This document shows positions 19,073-30,369 of a DNA stretch of 64,000 nt, piece by piece (within the stretch, counting starts at the first letter, position 1; every line of letters begins with the position of its first letter). The DNA comes from an uncultured delta proteobacterium (lineage in GTDB: Bacteria; Myxococcota_A; Polyangia; Fen-1088), in assembly GCA_963767925.1 (NCBI GenBank), contig CAVYGB010000001.1:128001-192000 (forward strand), read 5' to 3'. Both the position numbers and the translations under genes were made by a program. The notes under the pieces were generated by a model that made no database searches, was not told the DNA's origin, and saw only the letters and a list, made by a program, of their open reading frames with translations.

Positions 19073-20299
19073 CTAGAACGTGACCGTGGTCTTGAAGAGG
19101 AAGAGGCCCCACTCGCGGGCCAGCTTGGCGATGCCGCCCGTGTTGGCGATGTCGGCGCTTTGCAGCGAGGCGGTGCCAACCAGGTAATGCGCCTCCAGCT
19201 TGAACAGCCAGTGATCGTTGACGTCGAAGCGAACCGAAAGGGCGAGATCGCGCTGATAACCTCGGTGGTGCTCGGCCGCGTAGCTGGGGTTGGAGTCGCC
19301 GTTGCGGTCGCCAGCGTCGAGGTGGATGATCGAATAGTAGGCGCCTGCCTCCAGCCAACCGGTGAAGCGATAGGTGAGCAGCCCGTAAAAGCGCTCCTCG
19401 TTGACCTTGCCGGGTGGCTGGCCCTGGTCCGGCTCGAGCACGAGCCGGCCGAAGTAGCGGCCGTATTCGGCGGCCAGCAGGAAGCCGTGCGATTCGAACT
19501 CCAGGGAGGCCACGTACATGCGGAAGTCCTGGAAGTCGAAGTGGATCTTTCCGTCGAAGTCGGGCGGGACCCGCATGGCCATGCGGAGCGCCTCGGCCGT
19601 GGCCGCGGGTAAGGTGTAGTCGAGGCTCAGCCGGAGGGCCTGGGCCGAGCCGCCGATGCGCAGGCCGGGCAGGGGCGTGCGCCAGAAAACCTGGCCGGCG
19701 GCGACGTAGGGGGTGTCGAGGTTATCTACGGCGGGGTTCTCCTTGGCGTCGACGAAGATGGTGCCAAAGCCGAGCTGGTACTCGAGCAGCCCCAGGTCGA
19801 ACGGCCGGAAGGCCCCGTAGAGCGAGAAGCCGGTCTGGGCCAGGGTGAAGTCGCGGCCCCGGGTGGGGTACAGGCTCTGGGGCAGCAGGATCGACAGGCG
19901 GGCCGAGTCGATGTCCGAGTATTCGTTGTAAAGGCCGAAGGGCAGCTTGATCCGCCCGGCCCGCAGGCCGAGCCAGGGCCGCCAGCGGTAGTCGAGGTAG
20001 GCCCAGTCGGCCTTGAGCGAGTAGTCGCCGAGCGGTCCCAGGTCGCGAGCGAAGATCTGCACCCCCACCCGCAGCCGATCCACCACCTCGGTGGAGAAGT
20101 TGAGCCCCGCATCGAAGAACTCGACGCTGCCCCGTCTGGTGTGGGCCAGGTAGTCGTTCCCGGTGGACAGCATGGCACCCTGGCTGACGAAGCCGTGCAC
20201 CTGCACCCCTTCGGCGCGCGCCGGTCCCGTGGCGATGACGACCGCGGCGAGGCCCACGGCGAGCCCCGCCCCACCAACCCCACCATCCCGTATGCGCAT
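19073..20299 (-). CDS. Outer-membrane beta-barrel (porin-like) protein
   Basis: Signal peptide ARA, VHGFVSQG, DWAYLDY, LRAGRIKLPFGLYNE, terminal Phe (TTVTF). Confidence 0.82.
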   Translation of the reverse strand: MRIRDGGVGGAGLAVGLAAVVIATGPARAEGVQVHGFVSQGAMLSTGNDYLAHTRRGSVEFFDAGLNFSTEVVDRLRVGVQIFARDLGPLGDYSLKADWAYLDYRWRPWLGLRAGRIKLPFGLYNEYSDIDSARLSILLPQSLYPTRGRDFTLAQTGFSLYGAFRPFDLGLLEYQLGFGTIFVDAKENPAVDNLDTPYVAAGQVFWRTPLPGLRIGGSAQALRLSLDYTLPAATAEALRMAMRVPPDFDGKIHFDFQDFRMYVASLEFESHGFLLAAEYGRYFGRLVLEPDQGQPPGKVNEERFYGLLTYRFTGWLEAGAYYSIIHLDAGDRNGDSNPSYAAEHHRGYQRDLALSVRFDVNDHWLFKLEAHYLVGTASLQSADIANTGGIAKLAREWGLFLFKTTVTF

Positions 20300-20671
20300 G
20301 GATACCCCCCGGTTACTTTCTACGCGCGTACAACCAGTGTCAATGAAATCGACCCCGGCTTCAGGGAGCGCACCGACGGAGACCCGAGGTGGGCGTTGCG
20401 CGCTCACGCCGACGGAACGAGCGCGAGGTGCGCGCGCCTGCCTCGGCGGCCCACCTTGCCGGAGGCGGGGCCGGGGCGCTCGCGGGGTCGGAGGCAGCGG
20501 CGGCTCGACGTCGTCGGGACGCGGTCTGGACCGGCCACGCACCTCGAGACGAACATCAAAGTGAGTTACACGCTGCAGGCCCGGTCCCTCACTTGCGCGG
20601 CCCGGGTCCCCTCCGCAAAATAAAGAGTCCAATATCCCTCGTGGGGTAGGGCACATCGAGTTCGGGGGGGA

Positions 20672-21841
<1,170 letters not shown>

Positions 21842-21948
21842 TCGTCGGCGCGACGCGGACGCGACGCCGGCGTCATACCGGCGCGCGCATCCCGATGTCC
21901 GGCGCCCGAAAGAGGGCCACTTTCCGTCGCTGGCGCGACCGGGGAGCG

Positions 21949-21964
21949 TGGCATGTCGGTTGCT
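21949..21964 (+). promoter_or_regulatory. Sigma54 (-24/-12) promoter
   Basis: TGGCAT-GTCGG-TTGCT, near-consensus with exact spacing, about 70 nt upstream of ATG 22034. Confidence 0.7.
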
Positions 21965-22033
21965 GAGTTCCCCTGACTGCGTGGGAAATTGCAGCCGTTC
22001 CAGCCGCAATCTGGTTCCGGGGGTCAGCGGCAA

Positions 22034-23110
22034 ATGACCCGCAAGCCGCCGATGTATTTCGTCAACGCGGGGGTCGACTTTGCCCTGATTGGCGGGGTGT
22101 CCATCGTGGCCTACGTCCTCCTGGCGGTGTTCAGCGATGGGTCGCGCACGCCGTTTGGCTGGACCCTCGCCGCGGCGCTGGCCTGGATCGTGAACTGGCC
22201 GCACTTCTCGGCCACCAGCTACCGCCTGTATCAGTCGAAGGCCAACGTCCAGCAATACCCCATCGTGGCCCTCGTGGTGCCGCTGCTGGTGACGGCGGCG
22301 GCGGTGGGGTCATTCTCCTCGCCCGAGGGGGTGGCGCCCTGGCTGGTGAAGCTGTTCCTCACCTGGTCGCCCTACCACTTCAGCGGGCAGACCCTCGGCA
22401 TCACCCTCATCTACGCCCGCCGGGCGGGGTTCGACATCGGGCGCGGCCAGCGGGTGGCGATCTCCGGGTTCATCTTCGCCACCTTCCTCGTGCAGATGGC
22501 CAGCGTCGAGGCGGGGCAGGGGATGTCCGAGTATTACGGCGTCCCGGTGCCCATGCTGGGGCTGCCGATCTGGGTGGCGCAGGTCCTGCGGGTCTGGATG
22601 TACCTGTGCGGGGCCGCCTTCCTGTTCTTCGTCGTGCGCTGGAGCGTGCGGGAAAAGCGTCTGCTGCCGCCCATCGTGCTGCTGCCGGCGGTGACCCAGT
22701 TCGTCTGGTTCGTGGCCGGGTCCAAGGTGGGCAGCTTCAACGAGTTCGTGCCCTTCTTCCACTCGGTGCAATACCTGCTCATCGCCTGGTTGATGCAACT
22801 CAAGGAGAAGCTCGACAGCCGCAGCCTCGAGCCGTCGCGCCGGTACGTGCTGTCGGAGAGCGCGCGCTGGGGCCTGGTCAACTTCGCCGGGGGGGTGTTC
22901 CTGTTCTGGCTGCTCCCCCGCATCAGCGCCTCGGCCGGGTTCACCTTGCCCTTCGCCAGCGCGGTGGTCCTGTCGGCGGTGCAGATCCACCACTTCTTCG
23001 TCGACGGCGTGATCTGGAAGCTCAAGAACCCGCGGGTCGCCTCGCCCCTGCTGGCCAACCTCGGCGACGTGACGGCGCGGCCCGAGCCGCGCGTCTTGCA
23101 CGCGGCTTGA
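22034..23110 (+). CDS. Polytopic membrane protein with four His motifs
   Basis: Many TM helices with WPHFSAT, PYHFSGQ, FFHSVQY, IHHFFVDGVIWK. Confidence 0.75.
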   Translation: MTRKPPMYFVNAGVDFALIGGVSIVAYVLLAVFSDGSRTPFGWTLAAALAWIVNWPHFSATSYRLYQSKANVQQYPIVALVVPLLVTAAAVGSFSSPEGVAPWLVKLFLTWSPYHFSGQTLGITLIYARRAGFDIGRGQRVAISGFIFATFLVQMASVEAGQGMSEYYGVPVPMLGLPIWVAQVLRVWMYLCGAAFLFFVVRWSVREKRLLPPIVLLPAVTQFVWFVAGSKVGSFNEFVPFFHSVQYLLIAWLMQLKEKLDSRSLEPSRRYVLSESARWGLVNFAGGVFLFWLLPRISASAGFTLPFASAVVLSAVQIHHFFVDGVIWKLKNPRVASPLLANLGDVTARPEPRVLHAA

Positions 23111-23112
23111 CC

Positions 23113-24162
23113 ATGCGCACCCTCGCCGCCTTGGTCGTGCTCGCCTTCGTGGTGCTCGCCTTTGCGGGCGGGAGCCGGCCGGCCGCCGCCGGCGAGGACA
23201 CCTCCGCCGGGGCGGCCCCGAGCGCGCCCCGCCTGGGCGACGAGCGGATCCTGCTGCGCACCAACCGGGGCGACCTGGTCATCGCGCTCTACCCCGACGT
23301 GGCCCCCCAGCACGTCGCCCAGCTCCTGAAGCTGGTGCGGCTGGGGGTCTACGACTCGACCTGGTTCTTCCGGATCGATCCCCGCTTCGTGGTCCAGACC
23401 GCGTCGGCCCAGAGCCGGCGCTTCCCGCTGTCACCCGAGCAGAGCGCCGCCATCCGAAAGCTGCCAGGCGAGTTCTCCCGCCTGCAACACCGGCCGGGGG
23501 TGCTGTCCATGGCCCGCGCGGACGGGGATCCCGACAGCGCCGAGACCTCGTTCTCGTTCCTGCTGGTGCGGTCGCCCCACCTCGACGGCAAATACACGAT
23601 CTTCGGCGAGCTCGAGTGGGGCAGCGCGGTCCTCGTCGCCATCGCGATGAGCCCCCGCGACGCCCAGAACCGGCCGCTCAGGGAGGTGATCGTCGAGAAG
23701 GCGGTGGTCAAGACCGGGGCGGAGATCGCCCGCATGCGGGTGGCGGGCGAGCTGGTGCAGGCGGTTCCCCTGCCGCTCGCCGGCGCCCTGGGCGCGCCGG
23801 CCACCGCTGGCACCGACCTCATCGTGGCGGCGGGCATCGCGGTCATGATGGGGCTGAGCCTGCTGGGCTTCTTGCTCACCGGGCGCATCGCGCCCCACCG
23901 GGCCAGCGCCTTCGGGCTGCTCTCCATCCTCACGGGGGCCTTCTTCCTCATCCGGGAGGTGGTGCCGCGGGCGCCCGGCGACGGGCTGCTCGCCACGGGC
24001 CTGTTCTTCGGGATGTTCGGGCTGTTCAAGCTGATGAACCGCTTCGAGGGCGCCCGCCCCCCGGCGCCGCCCGGAACGCCCGCCGCCGCCGCGGATCGCG
24101 CGGGGGCCGCCGGCCGGCCACCCCCGCAGCCCGCGGCCGCGGGCGAGCGGCTCACGCCTTGA
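23113..24162 (+). CDS. Cyclophilin-type peptidyl-prolyl isomerase with C-terminal TM helices
   Basis: Signal peptide, [36 protein letters not shown], three C-terminal hydrophobic segments. Confidence 0.88.
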   Translation: MRTLAALVVLAFVVLAFAGGSRPAAAGEDTSAGAAPSAPRLGDERILLRTNRGDLVIALYPDVAPQHVAQLLKLVRLGVYDSTWFFRIDPRFVVQTASAQSRRFPLSPEQSAAIRKLPGEFSRLQHRPGVLSMARADGDPDSAETSFSFLLVRSPHLDGKYTIFGELEWGSAVLVAIAMSPRDAQNRPLREVIVEKAVVKTGAEIARMRVAGELVQAVPLPLAGALGAPATAGTDLIVAAGIAVMMGLSLLGFLLTGRIAPHRASAFGLLSILTGAFFLIREVVPRAPGDGLLATGLFFGMFGLFKLMNRFEGARPPAPPGTPAAAADRAGAAGRPPPQPAAAGERLTP

Positions 24163-24727
24163 GCACGCCGGAGGCCTTCGCCGTGAAGGTGGCGATGTAG
24201 TCCATCAGCCCCGGCGACAGGCAGTCGTGGGGCGGCAGGCCGAGCTCCTGCAGGCGCGCCCGCACCGCGCCCATCCCGTCGGGGTTGGCGCCCGCCTCGA
24301 TGATCGAGGACACGAAGGCGGCGAAGGTCGGCGGCGCCCAGCCGGCCTCCTTCGACAGCTCGGTGTGGATGAACACCAGCCCGCTGAAGGGGTGCTTGTC
24401 CCGCTCGACCGGGGCCTGCATGTGGGTCCCGCATTCGCGGCAGGCGTGGCGCACGATGAGGGCGCTGGCGTCGACGATCTTGAGCTTGTCGGCGTTCTTG
24501 CTCACCCGGGCCTTGTCCCGCGGCACCACCGCCACCTGCGAGAACAGGGCCCCCTTCGGCTTCCAGCACCTGGTACAGCCGCAGACGTGGTTGTGCGCGC
24601 ACTGGGCGCTGATCACCACCTCCACCGGGTCGCTCGCGCACAGACAGCGCAAGGTCCCGCCCGCGAACTCCTTTGCCCCTGGCTTCACACCGCCATCGAC
24701 GGCCGGATGAATCGCAACCTGTCCCAT
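24152..24727 (-). CDS. gfa: S-(hydroxymethyl)glutathione synthase (glutathione-dependent formaldehyde-activating enzyme)
   Basis: [60 protein letters not shown]. Confidence 0.95.
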   Translation of the reverse strand: MGQVAIHPAVDGGVKPGAKEFAGGTLRCLCASDPVEVVISAQCAHNHVCGCTRCWKPKGALFSQVAVVPRDKARVSKNADKLKIVDASALIVRHACRECGTHMQAPVERDKHPFSGLVFIHTELSKEAGWAPPTFAAFVSSIIEAGANPDGMGAVRARLQELGLPPHDCLSPGLMDYIATFTAKASGVLKA

Positions 24728-24959
24728 GGTCGCCTCCTTGTGGTTGGAGCCGTCGAGCACGCTCGGCGGCTGCTCACGCGGTTGTCTCCGGGACCCCCAG
24801 GGGGCCCCCACCCCGAGCGAGCATGCGCCCGTCCAGCCAGGGTGTGGTGAAAAATGGGGTGGGGTGAAAAACGGTAGGTGCGGAAGGCGCGTCGACGTCA
24901 CTTCTGTCAGGGCGGACCCCCGAGCGTCCGCCAAGTGCCCGCAAACCCGAGGTAAGCCC

Positions 24960-25667
24960 ATGAACAGCCGTTTTGCCCCCCTGTCGCTCGCGTCCGCCCT
25001 GGTCGTCGCCGTAGTCGCCTTGGCAGGCGGCGGCGCCGCCTGCCGCGACGCCGGCCCGCCGCCCCCCTGTCCGAAGTGCCAGCGGATCTTCGATGGCAAG
25101 AGCTTCGCCGGCTGGGAGGCCGGCGGGGAGTCGTGGACCATCGTCGACGGGGCCATGCGCGGGTTCGGCGGCAAGTCGCGGGCCGCCTACACCAAGGCCG
25201 ACTACGGCAACGTCCGCCTCATCGTCACCTCCCGGCTCACCCCGGTCAACGGCGACCACCTCGGCATCCTGTTCTGGGGCGACCGCCCGGCCGATCCCGA
25301 CAAGCCCAAGATCGACCTCGCCGGCTGGCTGCAGTGGATGCCCCCCTTCGGCGGGATGTGGAGCTACCACCCGCCCAAGCACCACGGGGTCAAGGGCACC
25401 AAGCTCGCGCCCAGCCCCAGCAAGAACACCGACTGGCACACCTCGGAGCTGCTGCTCAACCTCGACAAGGGCACCTTGCGCGTGGCGGTCAACGGCATCG
25501 AGACCACGCGCTACACCCATCCCTGGCCCAGCGAGCGCACCGACCCCACCACCCGCATCGTGAAGGGCCCGCTGGCGATGATGAAACACGGCCGCGGCGG
25601 CTCCGAATACAAGGACATCTGGGTGGAGGTCGACCCCGCGGAGGACCGGCTGTACACGGTGAAGTGA
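24960..25667 (+). CDS. DUF1080 (3-keto-disaccharide hydrolase-like) secreted protein
   Basis: Signal/lipoprotein, [33 protein letters not shown]...H....EYKDIWV. Confidence 0.8.
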   Translation: MNSRFAPLSLASALVVAVVALAGGGAACRDAGPPPPCPKCQRIFDGKSFAGWEAGGESWTIVDGAMRGFGGKSRAAYTKADYGNVRLIVTSRLTPVNGDHLGILFWGDRPADPDKPKIDLAGWLQWMPPFGGMWSYHPPKHHGVKGTKLAPSPSKNTDWHTSELLLNLDKGTLRVAVNGIETTRYTHPWPSERTDPTTRIVKGPLAMMKHGRGGSEYKDIWVEVDPAEDRLYTVK

Positions 25668-25822
25668 TCGCGCGATCGGCGCGCTCCCGCGCTGCCGTTC
25701 GCGGAGGACCGGCCGTACACGGTGAAGTGATCGCGCGATCGGCGCGCTCCCGCGCTGCCGTTCGCGGAGGACCGGCTGTACACGGTGAAGTGATCGCGCG
25801 ATCGGCGCGCTCCCGCGCTGCC
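25637..25822. repeat. 63-bp tandem repeat x3 spanning the DUF1080 stop codon
   Basis: CGCGGAGGACCGGCYGTACACGGTGAAGTGATCGCGCGATCGGCGCGCTCCCGCGCTGCCGTT units start at 25637, 25700, 25763. Confidence 0.95.
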
Positions 25823-25867
25823 CGTTCGCCCTCGCCCCGCGCAGCGGGGAGAGGGAGGGGTGAGGGG
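25822..25867 (-). repeat. REP-like palindromic element
   Basis: Reverse complement of CCCCTCACCCCTCCCTCTCCCCGC-N-GCGGGGCGAGGGCGAAC; related copies elsewhere in the window. Confidence 0.85.
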
Positions 25868-26042
25868 TCTGGTCGGGGTTTCCCCCGGGAAATCCGGGGG
25901 CCGTGGGAAGAGATCCGGACCAGCGCAGCGGCCCATCCGTCCGCTCGCCGTAACGTCGGCGGTCGCTGCGACATCCAGCGCAGAATGCAAGGGGCCCGGC
26001 GGTGCATGGGCCCGCCGGGCCGCTACACTTTCGCTCCGCCAG

Positions 26043-26954
26043 ATGAACACGTCCCCCTGCTCGCCCCCCCGGTCTTCCTCCCGTCGCTTCGCCGCCTCCT
26101 GTCTCGCCTTCGCGGTGGCCGCCTCCGGCTTCGCGCTCTCGCCCGGGCTCGCCCGGGCGGCCGGCGCGGCCGACGTCTGGGCGCTGGTCCCCGATCCGGC
26201 CCCCGGTCCCGCCCGGGTGATCGGCGGATCCGGCGGCGCCTGCGTTGTCGGCGCCGTCCCGCTGCCGCTCGAGGGGCCCGGCTACCTCGCGGTCGACGTC
26301 ACCCGCCGCCGCCACTTCGGCCATCCCGCGCTCGTCGGCTTCATCGGCGACCTGGGGCAGACGGTGGCAGAGCGGGCCCTCGGCCGCATGCTGGTCGGGG
26401 ACATGGCCCAGCCGCGCGGCGGACCCATGTCGTCCGGGCACGTGAGCCACCAGGGCGGGCTCGACGTCGACGTCTGGTTCCGCCTCGACCAGCCCGACCT
26501 GCCCCGCGCCCAGCGCGAGGGGATCCCGCAGCCCCCGGTTGTCGACGCGAAGACCGGGCGGCCGGACCCCGCCCGCTGGTCGGATCGCCACGCCGAGCTG
26601 ATCCGCGCCGCCGCCAGCGACCCCCGCGTCTCGCGCGTGTTCGTCGGCGCGGCCATCAAGCGCGATCTGTGCGAGCGGGCCTGGCCCGACCGCACCTGGC
26701 TGCGGATCGTGCGCCCCTGGCCGGGCCACGACGACCACCTGCACATTCGCCTGCGCTGCCCGGTGGAGTCGCCCGCTTGCGTCGAGCAGAAGGACCTGCC
26801 GGTCTCCGAGGGCTGCAACGCCACCGAGCTGGCTCCCGCCTTCGCCTACCAGCGCGCCTGGCAGGAGCGGCCAGCGCCCCGTCCCGGACGCACCTTGCCC
26901 GCGGCCTGTGGCGCGCTCCTCGGCACCAGCAGCGGCGAACCGCGCCGGCGCTGA
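26043..26954 (+). CDS. mepA: Penicillin-insensitive murein endopeptidase
   Basis: R.FGHP, GDMAQPRGGPMSSGHVSHQGGLDVDVWF, RPWPGHDDHLHIRL.CP. Confidence 0.93.
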   Translation: MNTSPCSPPRSSSRRFAASCLAFAVAASGFALSPGLARAAGAADVWALVPDPAPGPARVIGGSGGACVVGAVPLPLEGPGYLAVDVTRRRHFGHPALVGFIGDLGQTVAERALGRMLVGDMAQPRGGPMSSGHVSHQGGLDVDVWFRLDQPDLPRAQREGIPQPPVVDAKTGRPDPARWSDRHAELIRAAASDPRVSRVFVGAAIKRDLCERAWPDRTWLRIVRPWPGHDDHLHIRLRCPVESPACVEQKDLPVSEGCNATELAPAFAYQRAWQERPAPRPGRTLPAACGALLGTSSGEPRRR

Positions 26955-27019
26955 GGGCCGCCCTGCAATTGTCGCCTGTAGGCGGCTGACCGACCTGGCC
27001 GTCACCATCGTAAGGGGTG

Positions 27020-28081
27020 ATGACCAAGGGAAGGTGGATCCGGGTGATGCTGGTGCTGCTGGCGGTCTGCGCGAGCGCGGCCGGCGATCGGATGGCGCGC
27101 GCCCGCGACGAGATCAAGCTCGTGCCGCACACGAGCGCCAGCCGCTACGAGCGCAAATACGAGAACCGCGACCTCAAGGCCTGGCGGGCCCGGGTGCCGC
27201 AGATCAAGGTCGTCGACATCGCGTCCTCGGTCGACGGCAAGGAGCAGCGGACCATCTGGTACGACTCCGGCTCGAAGGCCCCAAAGCCCCTGCTCGTCGC
27301 CCTCCATAGCTGGAGCGCCGACTACGAGCAGAACCTGAACATCCCCTTCGCCGAGTTCGCCATCGAGAACGACTGGGCCTTCCTGCACCCCGACTTCCGG
27401 GGGCCCAACCTGCGCCCCGAGGCCACCGCCTCCGACCTGGCGGTCAGCGACGTCATCGACGCCGTCTCCTACGCCCGCAAGCGCGCCGAGATCGACCCGA
27501 GCCGCATCTACCTGGTCGGCTACTCGGGCGGGGCCATGAAGGCGCTGGTGCTGGCCGGGCGCTTCCCCGAGCTCTGGGCCGGGGTGGCGGCCTTCGGGAG
27601 CATCTACGACATCGCCGACTGGTACCGCTACAACCGGGGCAAGAACGTGCGCTACCGCAAGGAGATCGCCGCCTCCTGCGGCGGCGCCCCCCGCCCCGGC
27701 AGCGCCGCCGAGACCGACTGCCGCGAGCGCAGCCCGCAGGCCGTGCTGTCCGAGGCCTCCGGCAAGCTGCCCGTCCTCATCGCCCACGGCATCAGCGACG
27801 AGACCGTCCCCCCCGGCCACGCCCTGCGCGCCTACAACGAGCTCGCCGCCCGCGACGACCGCTTCAGCGAGTCCGAGCAGACCCTCATCGAGTCACGGGG
27901 CGTGATCCCCGCCGAGCTGCGCAGCAAGGGCGGCAGCGACATCGGCCCCCTGTTCGCCCAGGCCGGCCTGCCCGTCCGCCTCGAGCGCCACTCGCGCAAG
28001 GTCACCCTCGTCCTCTACGGCGGCGGCCACGACATGGTCTACAACGTGGCCCTGCGCTGGCTCGGCGACAAGCACCGCTGA
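27020..28081 (+). CDS. Secreted alpha/beta hydrolase (prolyl oligopeptidase-like)
   Basis: LLVALHSWS, PDFRG, GYSGG nucleophile motif, HG..D..V, GGHD. Confidence 0.85.
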   Translation: MTKGRWIRVMLVLLAVCASAAGDRMARARDEIKLVPHTSASRYERKYENRDLKAWRARVPQIKVVDIASSVDGKEQRTIWYDSGSKAPKPLLVALHSWSADYEQNLNIPFAEFAIENDWAFLHPDFRGPNLRPEATASDLAVSDVIDAVSYARKRAEIDPSRIYLVGYSGGAMKALVLAGRFPELWAGVAAFGSIYDIADWYRYNRGKNVRYRKEIAASCGGAPRPGSAAETDCRERSPQAVLSEASGKLPVLIAHGISDETVPPGHALRAYNELAARDDRFSESEQTLIESRGVIPAELRSKGGSDIGPLFAQAGLPVRLERHSRKVTLVLYGGGHDMVYNVALRWLGDKHR

Positions 28082-28085
28082 AGGC

Positions 28086-28691
28086 GTGGTAAGAAGCGCC
28101 ATCCGCCTCTACAGCAGCCCCACCACCCCCTTCGGCCGCAAGGTCCTGCTCGTCGCCCACGAGCTGGGCCTGGCCGACCGCCTCGAGGTAGAGGCCGTCG
28201 AGACCGCCTCCGACGAGCTCGCGCGGGTCAACCCGCTCAGCAAGATCCCCGCGCTGATCCTCGACGACGGCAGCAGCCTGTACGACAGCCGGGTCATCTG
28301 CGAATACCTCGACCACCTCGCCGGCGGCAACCGCCTGCACCCGGCGCCCGGCCCCGCCCGCTGGGACGCCCTCCGCCTGCAGGCCCTCGCCGACGGCGTC
28401 AGCGAAGCCGCCGTCCTCCGCCTGCTCGAGTCGCGCCGCCCCCCCGCCATCCAGTGGCCCGACTGGCACACCCGCCAGCAGCGCAAGATCACCCAGAGCC
28501 TCGACCTCCTCGAGCGCACCCCACCCCCCACCACCGCCGACATCGGCACCCTCTCCCTCCTCGCCGCCCTCGGCTACCTCGACTTCCGCTTCGCCCCCGA
28601 CCCCTGGCGCACGCCCCGCCCCCGCCTCGCCGCCTGGTTCGCATCTTTCAGCGCCCGCGCGAGCTACCGGGCGACCGCCCCACAGGGTTGA
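28086..28691 (+). CDS. Glutathione S-transferase family protein
   Basis: PFGRKV, NPLSKIPAL, LYDSRVICEYLD, ALGYLDFRF. Confidence 0.92.
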   Translation: MVRSAIRLYSSPTTPFGRKVLLVAHELGLADRLEVEAVETASDELARVNPLSKIPALILDDGSSLYDSRVICEYLDHLAGGNRLHPAPGPARWDALRLQALADGVSEAAVLRLLESRRPPAIQWPDWHTRQQRKITQSLDLLERTPPPTTADIGTLSLLAALGYLDFRFAPDPWRTPRPRLAAWFASFSARASYRATAPQG

Positions 28692-28728
28692 GGGTTGTTG
28701 CTGCGCCGCCCAGGCGGACCGGTGAGCC

Positions 28729-29505
28729 TTAGTTGCAGGTGGTGCCGAAGAGCCAACCAACGGTGACGCTCGCGCTGCTCGAGAGCTGCATGACGACATG
28801 ATCGAAGGCGTCGACCGGGGCTGCGTTGGCAGTGTCCGAACACGTCGCAGTGGCTCCTGCGGACACGCTCGCCACGCAGGTCAAGTCGGTAGCTACGCCA
28901 TTTCGAAGCAAGACGAACGTAACCGTCCCGGCGCCGCTTCCGGCCGTCGCTCGCACCTCGGCGTGCAGGGATTTGAAAGTGCACGAGGTCGGCATGAGCA
29001 ACTCTATGCTCGCTGGCGATCCACCGGTGAAGTCGGTGTTGTTGAGGGCGGAGTAGAATGGGCTCCCGGCCGGCAATGTCCAGTTGATGTTGTTTCGTCC
29101 GAGGAAAACCGTCCCGGGGCCAGTGGCGCCTGTTGCCCCAGTGCCGCCAGTCGCCCCGGTGGGGCCCATCGGACCGGAGGGACCCATGGGACCCGAGGGA
29201 CCCGTCGGGCCGGCCGGGCCCGCGGCCCCTATGCCCATGGGCCCAGTCAGTCCCGTGGGACCTGCTATCCCCGTCGGTCCGACCGGCCCCATCGCTCCGG
29301 TTGTCCCTGGGGCGCCGGTGGCACCGATTGTTCCTTGGGCACCGGTGGGACCGATGGGGCCGGCTGGTCCTTGGGCGCCGGTGGGACCGGCGGTGCCCAG
29401 GGGCCCTGGTGGTCCTCGATCGCCATCGGAGCAGCCGACGGCACATAGAATCAAGAGCCAGCTGAGGCGTTGTGCGGAACCAAGAGCTTGCAGCGTCCAA
29501 CCCAT
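28729..29505 (-). CDS. Collagen-like lipoprotein
   Basis: Lipobox AVGC, about 33 Gly-X-Y triplets (GPT/GAT/GPM-rich, one interruption), beta-rich C-terminal domain. Many A/T-ending codons. Confidence 0.88.
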   Translation of the reverse strand: MGWTLQALGSAQRLSWLLILCAVGCSDGDRGPPGPLGTAGPTGAQGPAGPIGPTGAQGTIGATGAPGTTGAMGPVGPTGIAGPTGLTGPMGIGAAGPAGPTGPSGPMGPSGPMGPTGATGGTGATGATGPGTVFLGRNNINWTLPAGSPFYSALNNTDFTGGSPASIELLMPTSCTFKSLHAEVRATAGSGAGTVTFVLLRNGVATDLTCVASVSAGATATCSDTANAAPVDAFDHVVMQLSSSASVTVGWLFGTTCN

Positions 29506-29538
29506 CTTGCACCATCCCCCTTCGTTTGCGGGCCAACT

Positions 29539-30360
29539 TCAAGACTCAGCCTCGGAGCGGCCTCCCGCGGTCCTCTTCGTCTCTTCGCGCGAGTAATCAT
29601 CCGCGCTGACGAACACGCCTGCGCCCAGCGCGGCCAGCCACTGCTCGGAGAGCGAGCGGCCGAACGAGGGGTCGTCCACGAGGACGCCGACCTCGATGTT
29701 GCGGTCCTGGCCGCGGGCGGTGAAGTTGGCGGAGGTGACGAGGGACAGGCGCTCGTCCACCACCATGCACTTGGCGTGCAGGCTCGAGTAGGAGCCGTGG
29801 ACGACGGCCCGCGGGTCGAAGTAGAGGGTGGGGCGCAGGGGGAAGCGCCAGTTTTCCAGGAAGAAGCGTTCGGCCCAGCGGGCGACATGGGCAGGTGCCT
29901 TGTCGCTATCACCCTGGCGGGGGATGTCCACGAAGAGGCGGGTTTCGACCTGGTGGCGCTGCATGGCCGCGTGCAGCGGTTCGAAGATCTCGGCGCCGTT
30001 GTCGAAGGCGTAGCCCGCTATCAGGACCGAGCGGCGGGCCCGGCTGAAGAGCTCGCGGACGACGGTGGCGGTGTCGCGGGCGGTGCCGCTGACCGCTTCG
30101 GGACCGGTCCACACCAGCTGGACCTGGGGGCCGGCGCGCCGCGCGCGCTCGGCGACCACCGCCGTGCTCAGATCGCGGGCGACCGCCGGAGGCAGGCCGC
30201 GTAGGGGGCCCAGGCGGCGCGCCAGGTGGGCCAGGCCCGAGGACGCCAGCGTCTCTTCATCGAGAGGCTCGCGCACCAGCTTGCGGTCGATGGCCCGGGC
30301 CAGCTCTTCCAGCTCCTGGGTCGACAGCGCGATCGGGGTGCCTGGAACGTCGCGGGGCAC
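29539..30360 (-). CDS. drmC: DISARM phospholipase D-like nuclease
   Basis: LVWTGPE...RDT, HKD motif LHAKCMVVD, TSANFT..G..RNIEVG. Directly downstream of drmB. Confidence 0.9.
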   Translation of the reverse strand: MPRDVPGTPIALSTQELEELARAIDRKLVREPLDEETLASSGLAHLARRLGPLRGLPPAVARDLSTAVVAERARRAGPQVQLVWTGPEAVSGTARDTATVVRELFSRARRSVLIAGYAFDNGAEIFEPLHAAMQRHQVETRLFVDIPRQGDSDKAPAHVARWAERFFLENWRFPLRPTLYFDPRAVVHGSYSSLHAKCMVVDERLSLVTSANFTARGQDRNIEVGVLVDDPSFGRSLSEQWLAALGAGVFVSADDYSREETKRTAGGRSEAES

Positions 30361-30369
30361 GGCCGCGCC

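Noticed and set aside
25637..25822. CRISPR array
   Set aside because: Head-to-tail identical units with no unique spacers and no cas genes.
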